DNA of 64,000 nucleotides from Owenweeksia sp. (GTDB taxonomy: Bacteria; Bacteroidota; Bacteroidia; Flavobacteriales; Schleiferiaceae): contig JANQHO010000017.1 of NCBI GenBank assembly GCA_028277105.1, forward strand, positions 1-64,000, in the 5' to 3' direction. The notes beneath the pieces were generated by a model. That model saw nothing but the letters and a program-made list of their open reading frames with translations, made no database searches and was not told where the DNA came from. Position numbers and translations under genes: made by a program. The first letter of the stretch is position 1; each line of letters opens with the position of its first letter. Below are positions 41,181 to 51,834 of the stretch, piece by piece.

Positions 41181-44100
41181 GACTCCCACAATTAGCAATC
41201 AAAAATTACCTCTTTGTATTAACAACCGTTGCACTTACTATTTTTCTTGGTGTACGCAGTTTTAATACGATGCCAAGATCAGAAGATCCGTTTTTGAGCT
41301 TGCCCAATTACACTGTGGTAGTGGTCTATCCTGGAGCTAGTCCAGAAGATATGGAAGAGTTGGTAGTGGATCCCATTGAGAAGGTTATTGACGAATTAGA
41401 CGATATTACCGAAATCAAAACCGAAATAGCTAATAGCTTAGCTGTGATTAAGATAGAAGCTGAATTTGGTATTAATTACGATGATGTATATGACGATATT
41501 GTTTCTGAAATTGATAAAATCCGTCCTTCCTTGCCAGAGGGGATCATCCAACTTGACATAGATCAGTTTAAACCGGAAGACCGTGTTGTAGTGTATCAAT
41601 TTGCGTTAGTATCAGAATCTGTATCATATAGAGTATTAAATGATCTTGCTGAAGATTTTGAGGATAGGCTAGAAGCTGTAGACGGGGTGAAAAAGGTAGA
41701 AGTAGAAGCGAGCCCAAAAGAAGAAATTAGGATTAGCCTTGATTTTGAGAAGGTCGCAAACTTGGGGATTAGCTTGAATGCTATCGTTCAAACGCTCCAG
41801 ACTAACAATATAAATGTACCAGGCGGAACCCTTAAGGCGGGAAATCTAGAGTTTAATATTCAAACCTCAGGAAACTATAAATCATTGCAAGAGCTTCGGG
41901 CAACTCCTATATTATCCGATCAAAATCAAATTGTTTACCTCAAAGATGTTGCTGACGTTGATTTTAACTATGAAGACCTAAGGTGGATCGCCCGTTTTAA
42001 CGGGAAAAAGGCCATTTATGTAACTGTTACTCAAAAGAGAGGAGGTAATATTATTCAGTTGGCAGAGGCTATTAATGTAGTAAAATCAGATTTTGAACGG
42101 CAATTACCAGAGGTAGTGGAGTTACAAACAGCCTTTGAACAAGCACCAGCGGTGGATCTCAGGATTAATGATTTTGTTTCTAACCTTTTGCAGGGGATTT
42201 TTCTGGTTGGCATCATTATTTTGACCTTTTTAGGATGGCGCTCTTCCGTAGTAATTATGGTGGTTATCCCACTTTCCATACTAATATCTATTGCATTATT
42301 AGATTTATCGGGTTATGCCTTACAGCAAATATCAATTGCAGCCCTGGTAATTGCCTTGGGCTTATTAGTAGATAATGGCATCGTGGTTATTGAAAATATT
42401 GTGCGCTTTACTCGGGAAGGTCATTCACTCAAACAAGCGGCAGCCCTGGGGGCTAGTGAGGTTGGTTATGCCATTATCAGTTCCACATTAACCACTATAC
42501 TTTCATTTGCCCCCTTGTCTATGTTGCAGAGCGGACCAGGTGAGTTTTTGCGAACCCTTCCGCTAACGGTCATCTTTGTGTTAGCAGCTTCGCTTGTTTT
42601 AGCCTTAACGCTTACGCCAATTTTAGCGAGTAGGGTGCTCAAGAAAAGAAAAGAAAGAAAGGCCTCATACATTACTAAAAGAATTGAAAACTTTATAGAA
42701 AAGTACTATAGTCCTGTTTTAAATTTTTCATTGCGCAAGGGCATAATAGTGGTGTCTTCTGGTATAGGGCTACTCATTGCTTCCAGTATGCTTTTCCCAA
42801 GTATTGGCGTCAGTTTTTTTCCTACGGCAGACAAGCCCATGTTACTAATTGATGTGGATTTACCTTATACCAGCAACGTTAATCACACGGATAAAACAAT
42901 GGCTTACATTGAATCAGTATTGGATACCGTTGAATTTGTAGAAAACTACACCATAAATGCAGGTCATGGAAATCCCCAGGTGTATTACAATCGGATACCA
43001 GAAGAATACAAGTCTTATCACGGAGAAGTTCTGGTTAATTTTAAAACCTGGAACCCTGAAAAGTTTTACCAAACCTTAGAACAGTTGCGGCAAGAATTTA
43101 CAGGTTATCCCGGAGCACAGATTTCGTTTAGAGAATTAAAAAATGGAGCACCATTTGAAGCACCCATAGAGATTCTGTTGATCGGTGAAAATGTAGATAC
43201 GCTAAAACGAATTTCTTATGAGGTAGAGCAATTAATGCGTAAAACGGAGGGGATAATAGACGTTAATAATCCGCTTTCTATCGGTAAAACCGATATCAAT
43301 GTAAAAATCAATCGCGAGAAAGCTGCATTGTACAATGTACCTTTATTAGCTATTGACCAAACTATTCGCGCTACTTTAAATGGATTAACTATAGATGAAG
43401 TTCAAATTGATAAGGATGACGAAAAATATCCCCTTGTTATCCGTATGCCGTTTAAAAATGAGCCTTCCATTGAAGATTTTAATAGTGTTTACATCACAAA
43501 TACTACAGGTGATGACATTCCTTTAAAGCAATTAGCGGACATTCAGTTTGATCAAAACTTCGCTACACTTTACCATTACAACACCAAAGAGAATACAGCG
43601 ATCACTGCTAATGTAGTTGATCCGGATAAAACAAAGGATTATACTGAGAAGCTAATCCCGAAGCTTGATTTTTATCGCTGGCCAGATAACTATAGTTATT
43701 ATATAGGGGGAGAGTATGAAACCCAAACAGAAAGCTTTGGGGATTTGGGTATTCTACTCGCTATAGCTCTGATCCTCATATTTGCGGTTTTAGTTTTACA
43801 GTTTAGAAGCCTTACTCAGCCTCTCATTGTATTTTCGGCCATACCTTTAGCTTTAAGTGGTTCATTTATAGCACTATTCATATCTGGGTGGTCGTTTTCG
43901 TTCTTCGCATTTGTTGGATTCATAAGTTTGCAGGGAATTGTAGTAAATAACTCAATCATTCTGGTGGACTATACCAATCAATTGATTGCCGAAGGCATGG
44001 AGAAGCTGGAAGCTATTAAACTGGCTTCCAAGCGAAGGTTTACTCCAATTGTACTTACTTCGTTTACTACCATCCTGGGATTAATGCCTTTAACGTTTGC

Positions 44101-44227
44101 CGGAACCTCTCTTTGGTCGCCATTAGGCTGGACTCTTATCGGTGGGATGATATCATCCACCTTACTTACTTTAATGGTTGTGCCCGTACTGTACAATTGG
44201 CTTACAAAGGTTAAGGTAGGTGCATAG
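41177..44227 (+). CDS. RND-family efflux transporter permease (AcrB/HAE1-like, 12 TM, 1016 aa)
   Basis: Size. Two large periplasmic loops. Conserved TM4/TM10 regions (...GLLVDNGIVVIENI...). Confidence 0.85.
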   Translation: MRLPQLAIKNYLFVLTTVALTIFLGVRSFNTMPRSEDPFLSLPNYTVVVVYPGASPEDMEELVVDPIEKVIDELDDITEIKTEIANSLAVIKIEAEFGINYDDVYDDIVSEIDKIRPSLPEGIIQLDIDQFKPEDRVVVYQFALVSESVSYRVLNDLAEDFEDRLEAVDGVKKVEVEASPKEEIRISLDFEKVANLGISLNAIVQTLQTNNINVPGGTLKAGNLEFNIQTSGNYKSLQELRATPILSDQNQIVYLKDVADVDFNYEDLRWIARFNGKKAIYVTVTQKRGGNIIQLAEAINVVKSDFERQLPEVVELQTAFEQAPAVDLRINDFVSNLLQGIFLVGIIILTFLGWRSSVVIMVVIPLSILISIALLDLSGYALQQISIAALVIALGLLVDNGIVVIENIVRFTREGHSLKQAAALGASEVGYAIISSTLTTILSFAPLSMLQSGPGEFLRTLPLTVIFVLAASLVLALTLTPILASRVLKKRKERKASYITKRIENFIEKYYSPVLNFSLRKGIIVVSSGIGLLIASSMLFPSIGVSFFPTADKPMLLIDVDLPYTSNVNHTDKTMAYIESVLDTVEFVENYTINAGHGNPQVYYNRIPEEYKSYHGEVLVNFKTWNPEKFYQTLEQLRQEFTGYPGAQISFRELKNGAPFEAPIEILLIGENVDTLKRISYEVEQLMRKTEGIIDVNNPLSIGKTDINVKINREKAALYNVPLLAIDQTIRATLNGLTIDEVQIDKDDEKYPLVIRMPFKNEPSIEDFNSVYITNTTGDDIPLKQLADIQFDQNFATLYHYNTKENTAITANVVDPDKTKDYTEKLIPKLDFYRWPDNYSYYIGGEYETQTESFGDLGILLAIALILIFAVLVLQFRSLTQPLIVFSAIPLALSGSFIALFISGWSFSFFAFVGFISLQGIVVNNSIILVDYTNQLIAEGMEKLEAIKLASKRRFTPIVLTSFTTILGLMPLTFAGTSLWSPLGWTLIGGMISSTLLTLMVVPVLYNWLTKVKVGA

Positions 44228-44301
44228 GTTATTGCTCAATTTAGATTAAGACTACATGCGTTTCTAATTTCTTAATTAACAGTTGGGGCATGTTGAGCCA
44301 A

Positions 44302-44348
44302 AGCCTGTTCATATCAACAGTTATTGTTGATATGAACAGGCTTTTTTG
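44302..44348 (+). terminator. Strong rho-independent terminator of the efflux operon (18-bp stem agcctgttcatatcaaca / tgttgatatgaacaggct, loop gttat, T-run)
   Basis: Perfect 18-bp stem followed by TTTTTT. Confidence 0.8.
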
Positions 44349-44466
44349 AATGACTTTGGCTGACTATCACACTTAAAAAACAATATTCTCTTCAAAAAAT
44401 ATTAGCTGATCAAGCGGCAGTCATTGGTTTATTACCGAATGGAATAAAGAGCGGATACCCAAAGAT

Positions 44467-44489
44467 GAAACAGGTAGTACTACCTGTTT
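44467..44489. repeat. 23-bp palindromic element aaacaggtag-ta-ctacctgtttt, copy 2, downstream of the TetR-efflux operon
   Basis: Identical to 37830-37852. Confidence 0.7.
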
Positions 44490-44597
44490 TTAATAATGGG
44501 GTAATAGTGCGGATAAACAGACAGCGTGGGCTTTTCACTTTTGAAGTGTAAAAATCAACCAATTAAGGCGGATGCCGAAAAGCCTTCAAGAGAGTAG

Positions 44598-46046
44598 GTG
44601 ATCAAACCCAAATGTTTAAAAATGTCAAACAGTAAAAACACACAAGTAAGCGAAAAAGAAGGAGTAATTTTCCTATTGTCATGGTTATCCAATGTAAATG
44701 CAGGAATAGCCGGAAAACTAAGTGATCTGACGGATCATGCCACTACTTACATTAATGAAGCTCTAGGCGATTCTACTATACAGTCAGCTTTAAAAGATGT
44801 GAGCAATGATCCCCAATCAGCAGTTGTTTGGGGCCCGGTTTCTTTTACAGAAACTGATCTCGACTCTGATTCTGTGACAGATAACCTTATGTATGTTTTT
44901 AGGGGAATCCAACCAGGCGATAGCTCTAAACGGCTTTATGTTGTGGCAGTGGCTGGTACCAATCCCGATTCTTATTACGGCTGGTATAGTGAAGACCTTC
45001 AGCCTGGAACTATGTTAAACTGGCCAGTGGTAAGTGACCCCTGTCAGGGTGACAACCCGTTAATTGATCCCTCTAAGAACCCTGCTAAAGAAGGTGAACC
45101 TGCGGTAGCCCTGGGTTTTTCGGTAGGTTTGGATAAGCTGTGGAATCATATGTCTTTTCAGGGGGATTGTATCTTAACTTTCCTGAACAACGAAATGACC
45201 AGCGATGCCAATGAAGATTTTACGGATATTGAAATAGCGGTGGCAGGGCATAGCTTAGGAGGTGCATTGGCACCTATGCTGGCATTAGCCCTGCAAGAGA
45301 AAATGGATGCCAATGGTAAAAATCTGACTATTTCAACCTGGCCTACTGCAGGTCCTACTCCCGGTGAATCGAATTTTGCCAGCTATTTACCCAAGCAGCT
45401 AGGTACCGATAACTACAATGCAGCTTTTAACGATAACGATATTGTTCCCCATGCCTTTGAAATGGACATGATGCAACAGCTTTGCAATATTTACAATGAT
45501 CTGAATATCACTACTTGCAATGGCTCGGTTACAGGAATTCAGGCTAATGATCTGGCTAAAGGTATCCTCTGTTATGCCAGAAGCTTACCCGGTAGCTATG
45601 ATTATGAAAGAAGTGATAAAGATTCCACTTTTACCGATCCGGGAGTAAATTTTACCGATACTAATCCCATTACACAAAATGCTTATGTGAGTTGTGTGAA
45701 ATTAACAGAAGGAGCAGGAATTATTTATGAACTGTGTCAACAGAATTTCACTACTATTTTAAATGCCGTTAATCCTAGCGATAGTCTTAACATCCTTACA
45801 GTGTTTAACCTGCTTACTTATATGGCAGAAGCGGGTTACCAGCATACTGATGCTTATACCATGCATTATTTGGGCGAAGAGCTATTTGCAGCGGTACATC
45901 AATATGTGGGTATTGATTCAGCCAGTATTTTGGATAAACTTTTAAGCAGCGGTACGGATGAAATTATCAACTTTACTCAACTGGTACAAAATGCAGCTGA
46001 TTTTTACAACAACGGTGGTACGTATTCCGATTGTAGTAACTCCTGA
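44598..46046 (+). CDS. Class-3 (fungal-type) lipase-like alpha/beta hydrolase
   Basis: ...VAGHSLGGALAPMLAL... is the GHSLG nucleophile elbow typical of Lipase_3. Confidence 0.65.
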   Translation: MIKPKCLKMSNSKNTQVSEKEGVIFLLSWLSNVNAGIAGKLSDLTDHATTYINEALGDSTIQSALKDVSNDPQSAVVWGPVSFTETDLDSDSVTDNLMYVFRGIQPGDSSKRLYVVAVAGTNPDSYYGWYSEDLQPGTMLNWPVVSDPCQGDNPLIDPSKNPAKEGEPAVALGFSVGLDKLWNHMSFQGDCILTFLNNEMTSDANEDFTDIEIAVAGHSLGGALAPMLALALQEKMDANGKNLTISTWPTAGPTPGESNFASYLPKQLGTDNYNAAFNDNDIVPHAFEMDMMQQLCNIYNDLNITTCNGSVTGIQANDLAKGILCYARSLPGSYDYERSDKDSTFTDPGVNFTDTNPITQNAYVSCVKLTEGAGIIYELCQQNFTTILNAVNPSDSLNILTVFNLLTYMAEAGYQHTDAYTMHYLGEELFAAVHQYVGIDSASILDKLLSSGTDEIINFTQLVQNAADFYNNGGTYSDCSNS

Positions 46047-46072
46047 ATCGGTCTAATAATCATACATAAAAA

Positions 46073-46098
46073 ACCCTTGCTGAGGCAAGGGTTTTTTT
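46073..46098 (+). terminator. Rho-independent terminator (acccttgc-tgag-gcaagggt followed by a T-run) after the lipase gene
   Basis: Stem-loop plus T-run seen directly. Confidence 0.75.
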
Positions 46099-46232
46099 AT
46101 ATAGCTAGTTACCCAGCAGAAAAAGCAATTTATTTACTCTTTTAATACAGTTATACATTTTTATTGATAAATGATTTTATGTGGAGCTATTTTTACTCCT
46201 GATAAATAATTACTATTAACTAAATTTTAACC

Positions 46233-47249
46233 ATGAAAAAGTTGTTTTTATTTTTTGCCTTATCAGGTATTTTTTTTTCTTGCGAAAAACAAAATGAAGA
46301 AAACCTTGATAACCATGAACGGCCTAAAAATCAGTTATCAGAGTCAATACCATACTACAGCTCTTTTGAAGATCTAGAAAAGGATTTGGAGCAAATACAG
46401 GAGTTCATTGACGAAAGAAATGAGATGTTGATGAATAATTATTTACAATCAGGGACTGATGACAAAAAAACATATATAGAGTCAGATTATAATCCTTGGA
46501 AAAACTATACTACTCTTTTTAATCTTAAAAAAGAGTTGAATAATTCAGAAATTAACTTACCTTATAATCAGGCAATTTTTCATTTTTATAAAGGAGTTTA
46601 TATGGATATTTTGCCGGAAAAATATTTACATGTTCTCAATAGGTTTGGTATGGTACAGGTAAATGATACCTTGTACAAATACTCTCATCTCGGAATTTTA
46701 AAATCACACATTAATGATGTGGCCAGCGTTGACCAGATATCATATTCCAGGGAATCTTTTATCCAGTTTACAAACGAACATAGAGAGGTGCTTATAAACA
46801 GTGCCAATTATAAAACTTCAAATTGCCATACCAGCGGTAGTGGTTGTAGCTTGAAAATTCATGATTTTTCAACTTCATATAAGGTTCATTATTATCCTTA
46901 CATAGCTCAAGGTTCTGGAAATATCACTTTTGGAGTGGTGGTTGCGCTATGGCATTGGGTAGGTGGAGTCCCTTCTCAAATTGTTCCTGCACGTTATGAA
47001 CTTCAGTCTAATATTAATAACTATTTTGAGATAATAGGCAATAAATCAGGTAGTACCTATCATTATTTTAACCAAATCCCATTGGTAACCCCTCAATTGA
47101 AATATTCTAATAATGGATATGGTTTTACAAGAACACTAAATCATGCTGTCATCAATCCTGAGATTACAAGTTTTATGCACTATCTTCAAGTTCAGCATCC
47201 TTCTCCTCCTAATACTCCTTTAACATCTTTTTGGATGCAGTGGCCATAA
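46233..47249 (+). CDS. Hypothetical lipoprotein
   Basis: Lipobox ...GIFFSCEKQ. No recognisable domain. Confidence 0.5.
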   Translation: MKKLFLFFALSGIFFSCEKQNEENLDNHERPKNQLSESIPYYSSFEDLEKDLEQIQEFIDERNEMLMNNYLQSGTDDKKTYIESDYNPWKNYTTLFNLKKELNNSEINLPYNQAIFHFYKGVYMDILPEKYLHVLNRFGMVQVNDTLYKYSHLGILKSHINDVASVDQISYSRESFIQFTNEHREVLINSANYKTSNCHTSGSGCSLKIHDFSTSYKVHYYPYIAQGSGNITFGVVVALWHWVGGVPSQIVPARYELQSNINNYFEIIGNKSGSTYHYFNQIPLVTPQLKYSNNGYGFTRTLNHAVINPEITSFMHYLQVQHPSPPNTPLTSFWMQWP

Positions 47250-47275
47250 AGTTTCTGCAATCTTATTGATGCTAA

Positions 47276-47306
47276 AAGCCCTTATCTTTTATAAGGGCTT
47301 TTTTGT
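47276..47306 (+). terminator. Rho-independent terminator (aagcccttat-ctttt-ataagggctt followed by a T-run)
   Basis: 10-bp perfect stem plus TTTTTT. Confidence 0.75.
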
Positions 47307-47445
47307 TTATATAGTAATCACGGTAGTTAACTTATACTGATTGTACAATTTTTATAAAATCACCTAAGCCAGTAACTAATTTTGAACATTATCGCGGTGT
47401 TTTAGTATAGTAGGGTATTAACAATCCCAGGTTTTTATATTTTAT

Positions 47446-48171
47446 TTAAATGTATTCCTTTAACAGTTGCTTGTATTTTTTAGACAGTGGTATTTCTTTT
47501 TTGTTACTCATCACAAAAGAACCACCATAGGCCTTCAGGTATTCCTTAATGTGCAGGGTGTTGATCAGGTAAGAATTGTGAGGCCTGATAAAGCCCAGGG
47601 AGCTCAACTCTTTTTCAAATTCCTTCAAAAGTTTAATAACGGTGATATTGCTGTTATCCTTTAGATATACCCCACTGTAATTTCCTTCAGCTTTGATATA
47701 AATGATCTCCCGGGCAGGAATAGTTTGCCAGCCCTTTCCCGTAGGTATGCGAACTAACTGGTGATCGTGAAGGCTTTTTAAAAGATTATCGTAATCAGGT
47801 TTTTGATTGTTAGCTATTTTCAGGCGCACTTTGTTGACAACTTTAACCAGCTCTTCCGGGTCTATGGGTTTTAGTAGATAATCCAGGGCATCCAGCTTAA
47901 TAGCTTTAAGGGCGTAGCGTTCGTGGGCGGTGAAAAATACACAGAACAGATCTTCTTTATCAATGGTTTCCAGCACTTCAAGGCCATTGGTGCCTGGCAT
48001 TTCAATATCCAGGAAAATAAGCTTGGGCTTGATCAGCGGTATGTTTTTTATGGCATCAGCCGCCTTGTGGTAAGTCGCTACAATTTTGATGTCTGGAAAG
48101 TCCAAATCCAACAAAGACTGCAATACCACGGTAGAGTCGGGCTCATCATCAACCAATATGGTAGGTATCAT
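47446..48171 (-). CDS. LytTR-family response regulator
   Basis: MIPTILVDDEPDS... REC plus a C-terminal LytTR domain. Confidence 0.85.
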   Translation of the reverse strand: MIPTILVDDEPDSTVVLQSLLDLDFPDIKIVATYHKAADAIKNIPLIKPKLIFLDIEMPGTNGLEVLETIDKEDLFCVFFTAHERYALKAIKLDALDYLLKPIDPEELVKVVNKVRLKIANNQKPDYDNLLKSLHDHQLVRIPTGKGWQTIPAREIIYIKAEGNYSGVYLKDNSNITVIKLLKEFEKELSSLGFIRPHNSYLINTLHIKEYLKAYGGSFVMSNKKEIPLSKKYKQLLKEYI

Positions 48172-51076
48172 CTTTAGGGTTTATTTGTAAATAGGGTATT
48201 GTTAAAATTATTTGGGTTAATTGTGGTTTGGTTACAATGTCAAAATTAGTTTTTTGGCCCAGCCATTTTTGCATAAGCTCCAACCTTTTCTTTACCAGCT
48301 TCATACCAGATGGCCTGCCACTTTTTTCCATAAGAATATTTTCTTTTTTGTAGTCTGGAAAGTGACCTCCGTTATCGCTGACAACAATGATCAATTGATC
48401 GTCAGCTTTTCTGACTTCAACTTTAAGTTTGCCACCCTTTTGCTGATCGCTCTTGAGTATACCGTGTTTGATAGCGTTTTCTACTAATGGTTGTATCAAT
48501 AGTGGCGGAAGATAGCAATCAAAAGTCTCTACATTTTTATCAACGATAATCTCATAATCTATATTTTCTTTAAAGCGAAGCTTTTCAAATTCAAGGTAAC
48601 GTTTTAAAAGCCCGAGTTCTGTTTCCAACATAACCATGTTTTGGGAAGTTACTTCAAAAATTGAACGGAAAAGATGGGCAAAACGCGCTACAAAAGTCAT
48701 TAAACTTTTACTGTCGTTTTTTACGGCATAAGCCTGTATAGAGTTTAGGCTATTAAAAATGAAGTGCGGGTTAATTTGCGAACCGAGCGCCTGATTTTGA
48801 TAAAAACTGACCTCGTCTAGTACGGCTTGCTGCTTCTTCATGTAGTTAATACGCAACCTAATAATTATAAAAATAATTCCTGCGAGGCCCAAGATTGACA
48901 CTACAATAAACCAGGGCCTGTACCATAGAGGAGGAAATATAGTGAAGGAAAGGGAAGCAGTGTTGGTAGACCACCATCCGTGGCCATCACCTGCCTGTAT
49001 TTCCAACTGGTAGCTGCCCGGTGGCAGGGAGTTGTATTCCAGTTCATTATTGCGAGTAGTTGTCCAGTTGGTAAAGCCTTCGAAGCGATAGCGGAACAGT
49101 AGAGAGGAGCGGTACTTAAAATTGACCGCATCAAAACTCAGTTGAAAATTATTTTCACGGTAGCTTAAAACGGTATTGGGCTGAAGTAAAGTGTCTTTTC
49201 CGTTGATCTTTATCGTTTTAATGTAAATGGGAATTTCTTTTTTATCATCTGGAAAGAGTTCTTCTTTAAAAAAGGAAACCCCTTTATCAGTGGCGGCTAC
49301 AACCCATCCGTTATTAGCCTCTACATCATAAACCAGATTGGAAACCAAACCATCTGATAAATTGTAGTTGCGAACGGGGCAAAAGTCCGTGTCGAATTTG
49401 CTGATACCGGAACTGGTAGTCACCCAAAGGTAGTTTCCGTCAAAAAAAAGGCGGTTGCATAAATTATCGGCCAAGCCCTTGTCTGTGGTGATATGGTGGG
49501 TTACTTTACTGTCGTTCAGAATGATTACTCCTGTTCCCAAAGTAGCAATGGCACAAACGGAATCGTTCAGGTTGATCATGTCAGATATGCGGCTGCCCAA
49601 GGCGGGGTAGATATTTTTCATAGGAAGAACAGTATCTTTTTCAACTTTGTACAGCCCAAAACGGCTGCCCAGCAATATTCCGGAAGGGATTAAAGCTACG
49701 TACCTGTAATTTTTATTCGTGATGTTGCAGATAAGTGTATCGACAGTCATAGATCTCCGGTCAATTAAGCTCAGCGAATCATACCTAAGAGTGACCAGCT
49801 TATTGTGTTGAGGCAAGGCATTTTTAAGAAGAGATAATTGGGACAGATCATGAAGTCTTCCAGTTTGGGGATCGTATTCGTAGTTGTTGCCAAATCCAAA
49901 GCCTATCTTTCCGTCTGGCCAGCTTATCAGAGTTTGTATATGGGAGTTTATGGTCAATAACCTTTTAAGGCTTGCCGAATCAGGCTGGAGGCTGTAAAGA
50001 CTACCATCGTAGCTTCCCAAATAAAATATACTATTTTGTGAAGTTACTACCTCAATCTGCTCATTAGTCAGGCCGTTATTTGCTCTGAAGCATTTGTTAT
50101 TGATAGAAGGGGCATATAAGACCCCGTTGTTGTGCGTGGTAAACCAGTAGCCCGATTCGTGATCTTTATAGATAGAGGTAATGCTGTAATTCTCCAGGTA
50201 AACGGTGGGTTTCCGGGAAAGGTCATTTAAAGAATAGCGGTATAGCCCTTTGATGGTACCGACCCAAAGGTTATTATGATCAATGAGTAGAGCATTGTTG
50301 AGATAGTGTTCAAATTCCAGCAATTCACATTCCCCTCCTGGTTCAAAAGCAAGTAAATATTTACTAAAAATGCAAAAGTAGGTGCTGTCCAGCAGGTGGG
50401 CATATACCCAGCTATTGGAAAAATTATGAGGAAGGCTCAAGCACTCGGAAACAACAACTGATTTTTTTTCGATCCTTTTCAATCGGACACCCTTTAAAGG
50501 GTGCAAGAAAGAAAAAGCAGCAGCAAAAATGGGATGATCAGTAGCAACGAGCTCGAAGTATGGACTGTTTTCGGCATAACTGGAGTACATCTTTATATCT
50601 GTACAGTTGTACCTGGATGTAATTAATCGACCATCTGTTTGAGATACCGTGATTTTATCTTCTGCTACATATATACTGCCAATAACATCAGGTACTTTTT
50701 TTAAAGAATCGGATAAGCAATGCCGGTGTATCCGGCCTTCTTCGTAATAGTAGATATCATTGTTGTAGGAGGAAAACCAGATCCGGCCCTTTTCGTCTTT
50801 AAAGAGATTAAAAATGGTGACATCTTTCAGGCCGTCCTCAAAAGTAAAGCGCTCGAATTCACGGCCGTTAAAGCGGGCTATTCCCCGGTCGGTAACAAAC
50901 CACATATAACCTTCGTCATCCTGCAACGATTGGTATACCTCCGAACTGGGCAGGCCGTCATTTACTGAATACTGAGTATAGCTAAAAGAAGGCTTAGATT
51001 GTGAAAATCCTTTTAAAGCGATAGCCAGGAGAAGAAAGACCCACTGGAGTTTTGATATGTGGCTGCCGTTGATCAT
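48149..51076 (-). CDS. Large sensor histidine kinase with propeller/Y_Y_Y periplasmic sensor, His_kinase (PF06580-like) and HATPase. Start taken at the internal Met with a signal peptide.
   Basis: ...QINPHFIFNSLNSIQAYAV... signature. The propeller N-terminus is paralogous to 31584-34556. The ORF-table start at 51178 adds 34 aa before MINGSHISKLQWVFLLLAIAL. Confidence 0.8.
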   Translation of the reverse strand: MINGSHISKLQWVFLLLAIALKGFSQSKPSFSYTQYSVNDGLPSSEVYQSLQDDEGYMWFVTDRGIARFNGREFERFTFEDGLKDVTIFNLFKDEKGRIWFSSYNNDIYYYEEGRIHRHCLSDSLKKVPDVIGSIYVAEDKITVSQTDGRLITSRYNCTDIKMYSSYAENSPYFELVATDHPIFAAAFSFLHPLKGVRLKRIEKKSVVVSECLSLPHNFSNSWVYAHLLDSTYFCIFSKYLLAFEPGGECELLEFEHYLNNALLIDHNNLWVGTIKGLYRYSLNDLSRKPTVYLENYSITSIYKDHESGYWFTTHNNGVLYAPSINNKCFRANNGLTNEQIEVVTSQNSIFYLGSYDGSLYSLQPDSASLKRLLTINSHIQTLISWPDGKIGFGFGNNYEYDPQTGRLHDLSQLSLLKNALPQHNKLVTLRYDSLSLIDRRSMTVDTLICNITNKNYRYVALIPSGILLGSRFGLYKVEKDTVLPMKNIYPALGSRISDMINLNDSVCAIATLGTGVIILNDSKVTHHITTDKGLADNLCNRLFFDGNYLWVTTSSGISKFDTDFCPVRNYNLSDGLVSNLVYDVEANNGWVVAATDKGVSFFKEELFPDDKKEIPIYIKTIKINGKDTLLQPNTVLSYRENNFQLSFDAVNFKYRSSLLFRYRFEGFTNWTTTRNNELEYNSLPPGSYQLEIQAGDGHGWWSTNTASLSFTIFPPLWYRPWFIVVSILGLAGIIFIIIRLRINYMKKQQAVLDEVSFYQNQALGSQINPHFIFNSLNSIQAYAVKNDSKSLMTFVARFAHLFRSIFEVTSQNMVMLETELGLLKRYLEFEKLRFKENIDYEIIVDKNVETFDCYLPPLLIQPLVENAIKHGILKSDQQKGGKLKVEVRKADDQLIIVVSDNGGHFPDYKKENILMEKSGRPSGMKLVKKRLELMQKWLGQKTNFDIVTKPQLTQIILTIPYLQINPKDDTYHIG

Positions 51077-51276
51077 TGGGGCTTCTAAAATACTACGTGG
51101 GGTTGGTGCATATATAACCCTTATATAAATACTTATTTGTTGGTTTAGAACATCTATACAGTAAAACCGGGTAAACATACAATAACCTGAAATACCCCAT
51201 TATACCCTTGTATTTTAGATATGCTAAAAGGAGTTTCTGCTCCAGATGAAAACAATAACTCTACTGCTGCTTAAAG

Positions 51277-51834
51277 ATGAAATACATTCATTATTGCCTT
51301 TTATCCGCTACTTGTATCCTTCTTGCAATCCTTACGTCTTGTAATGATTCTTCCGACACAGCTACTACTATACCTATAGCCTATGTGAACACTACTACCT
51401 TGTTAAGTGAGTATCAGGGCACCCTTGATGCTTTACAAGATATACAAGAGCAGCGAAAGAAATTAAAGAAGGATATTGACTCTGCAGATGCCAACCTTAA
51501 GATGGATATCCAAAGGTTTCAGAAGCTGGAAAAAAGTAATCCCAGGCAAGCCCATATGATGTATGAATTGATCCAAACCAGGCAAAAACAGTCCGCAGCC
51601 ATGCGAAGGGATTACAACCAACAACTGGCAGATGAAGAAAACCGTATCTCGGCAGGAGTGCTCAATCAGATCAACGCCTTTGTGCAGGATTATGCCAAAC
51701 GCCATGGCTACAAGATGATCTTCGGAGCTACCGATGAAGGCAGCATCATGTATGGGGATGAAGACCTCGATATCACCAAAGAAGTATTAGCCGAACTCAA
51801 TACCTCCTACCATGGGCCTACCGCTAAAAAATAA
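51277..51834 (+). CDS. OmpH/Skp-family periplasmic chaperone-like lipoprotein
   Basis: Lipobox ...ILTSCND. Helical ...YVNTTTLLSEYQG...QQLADEENRISAGVLNQINAFVQDYAKRHGYKMIFG... resembles the OmpH family. Confidence 0.65.
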   Translation: MKYIHYCLLSATCILLAILTSCNDSSDTATTIPIAYVNTTTLLSEYQGTLDALQDIQEQRKKLKKDIDSADANLKMDIQRFQKLEKSNPRQAHMMYELIQTRQKQSAAMRRDYNQQLADEENRISAGVLNQINAFVQDYAKRHGYKMIFGATDEGSIMYGDEDLDITKEVLAELNTSYHGPTAKK

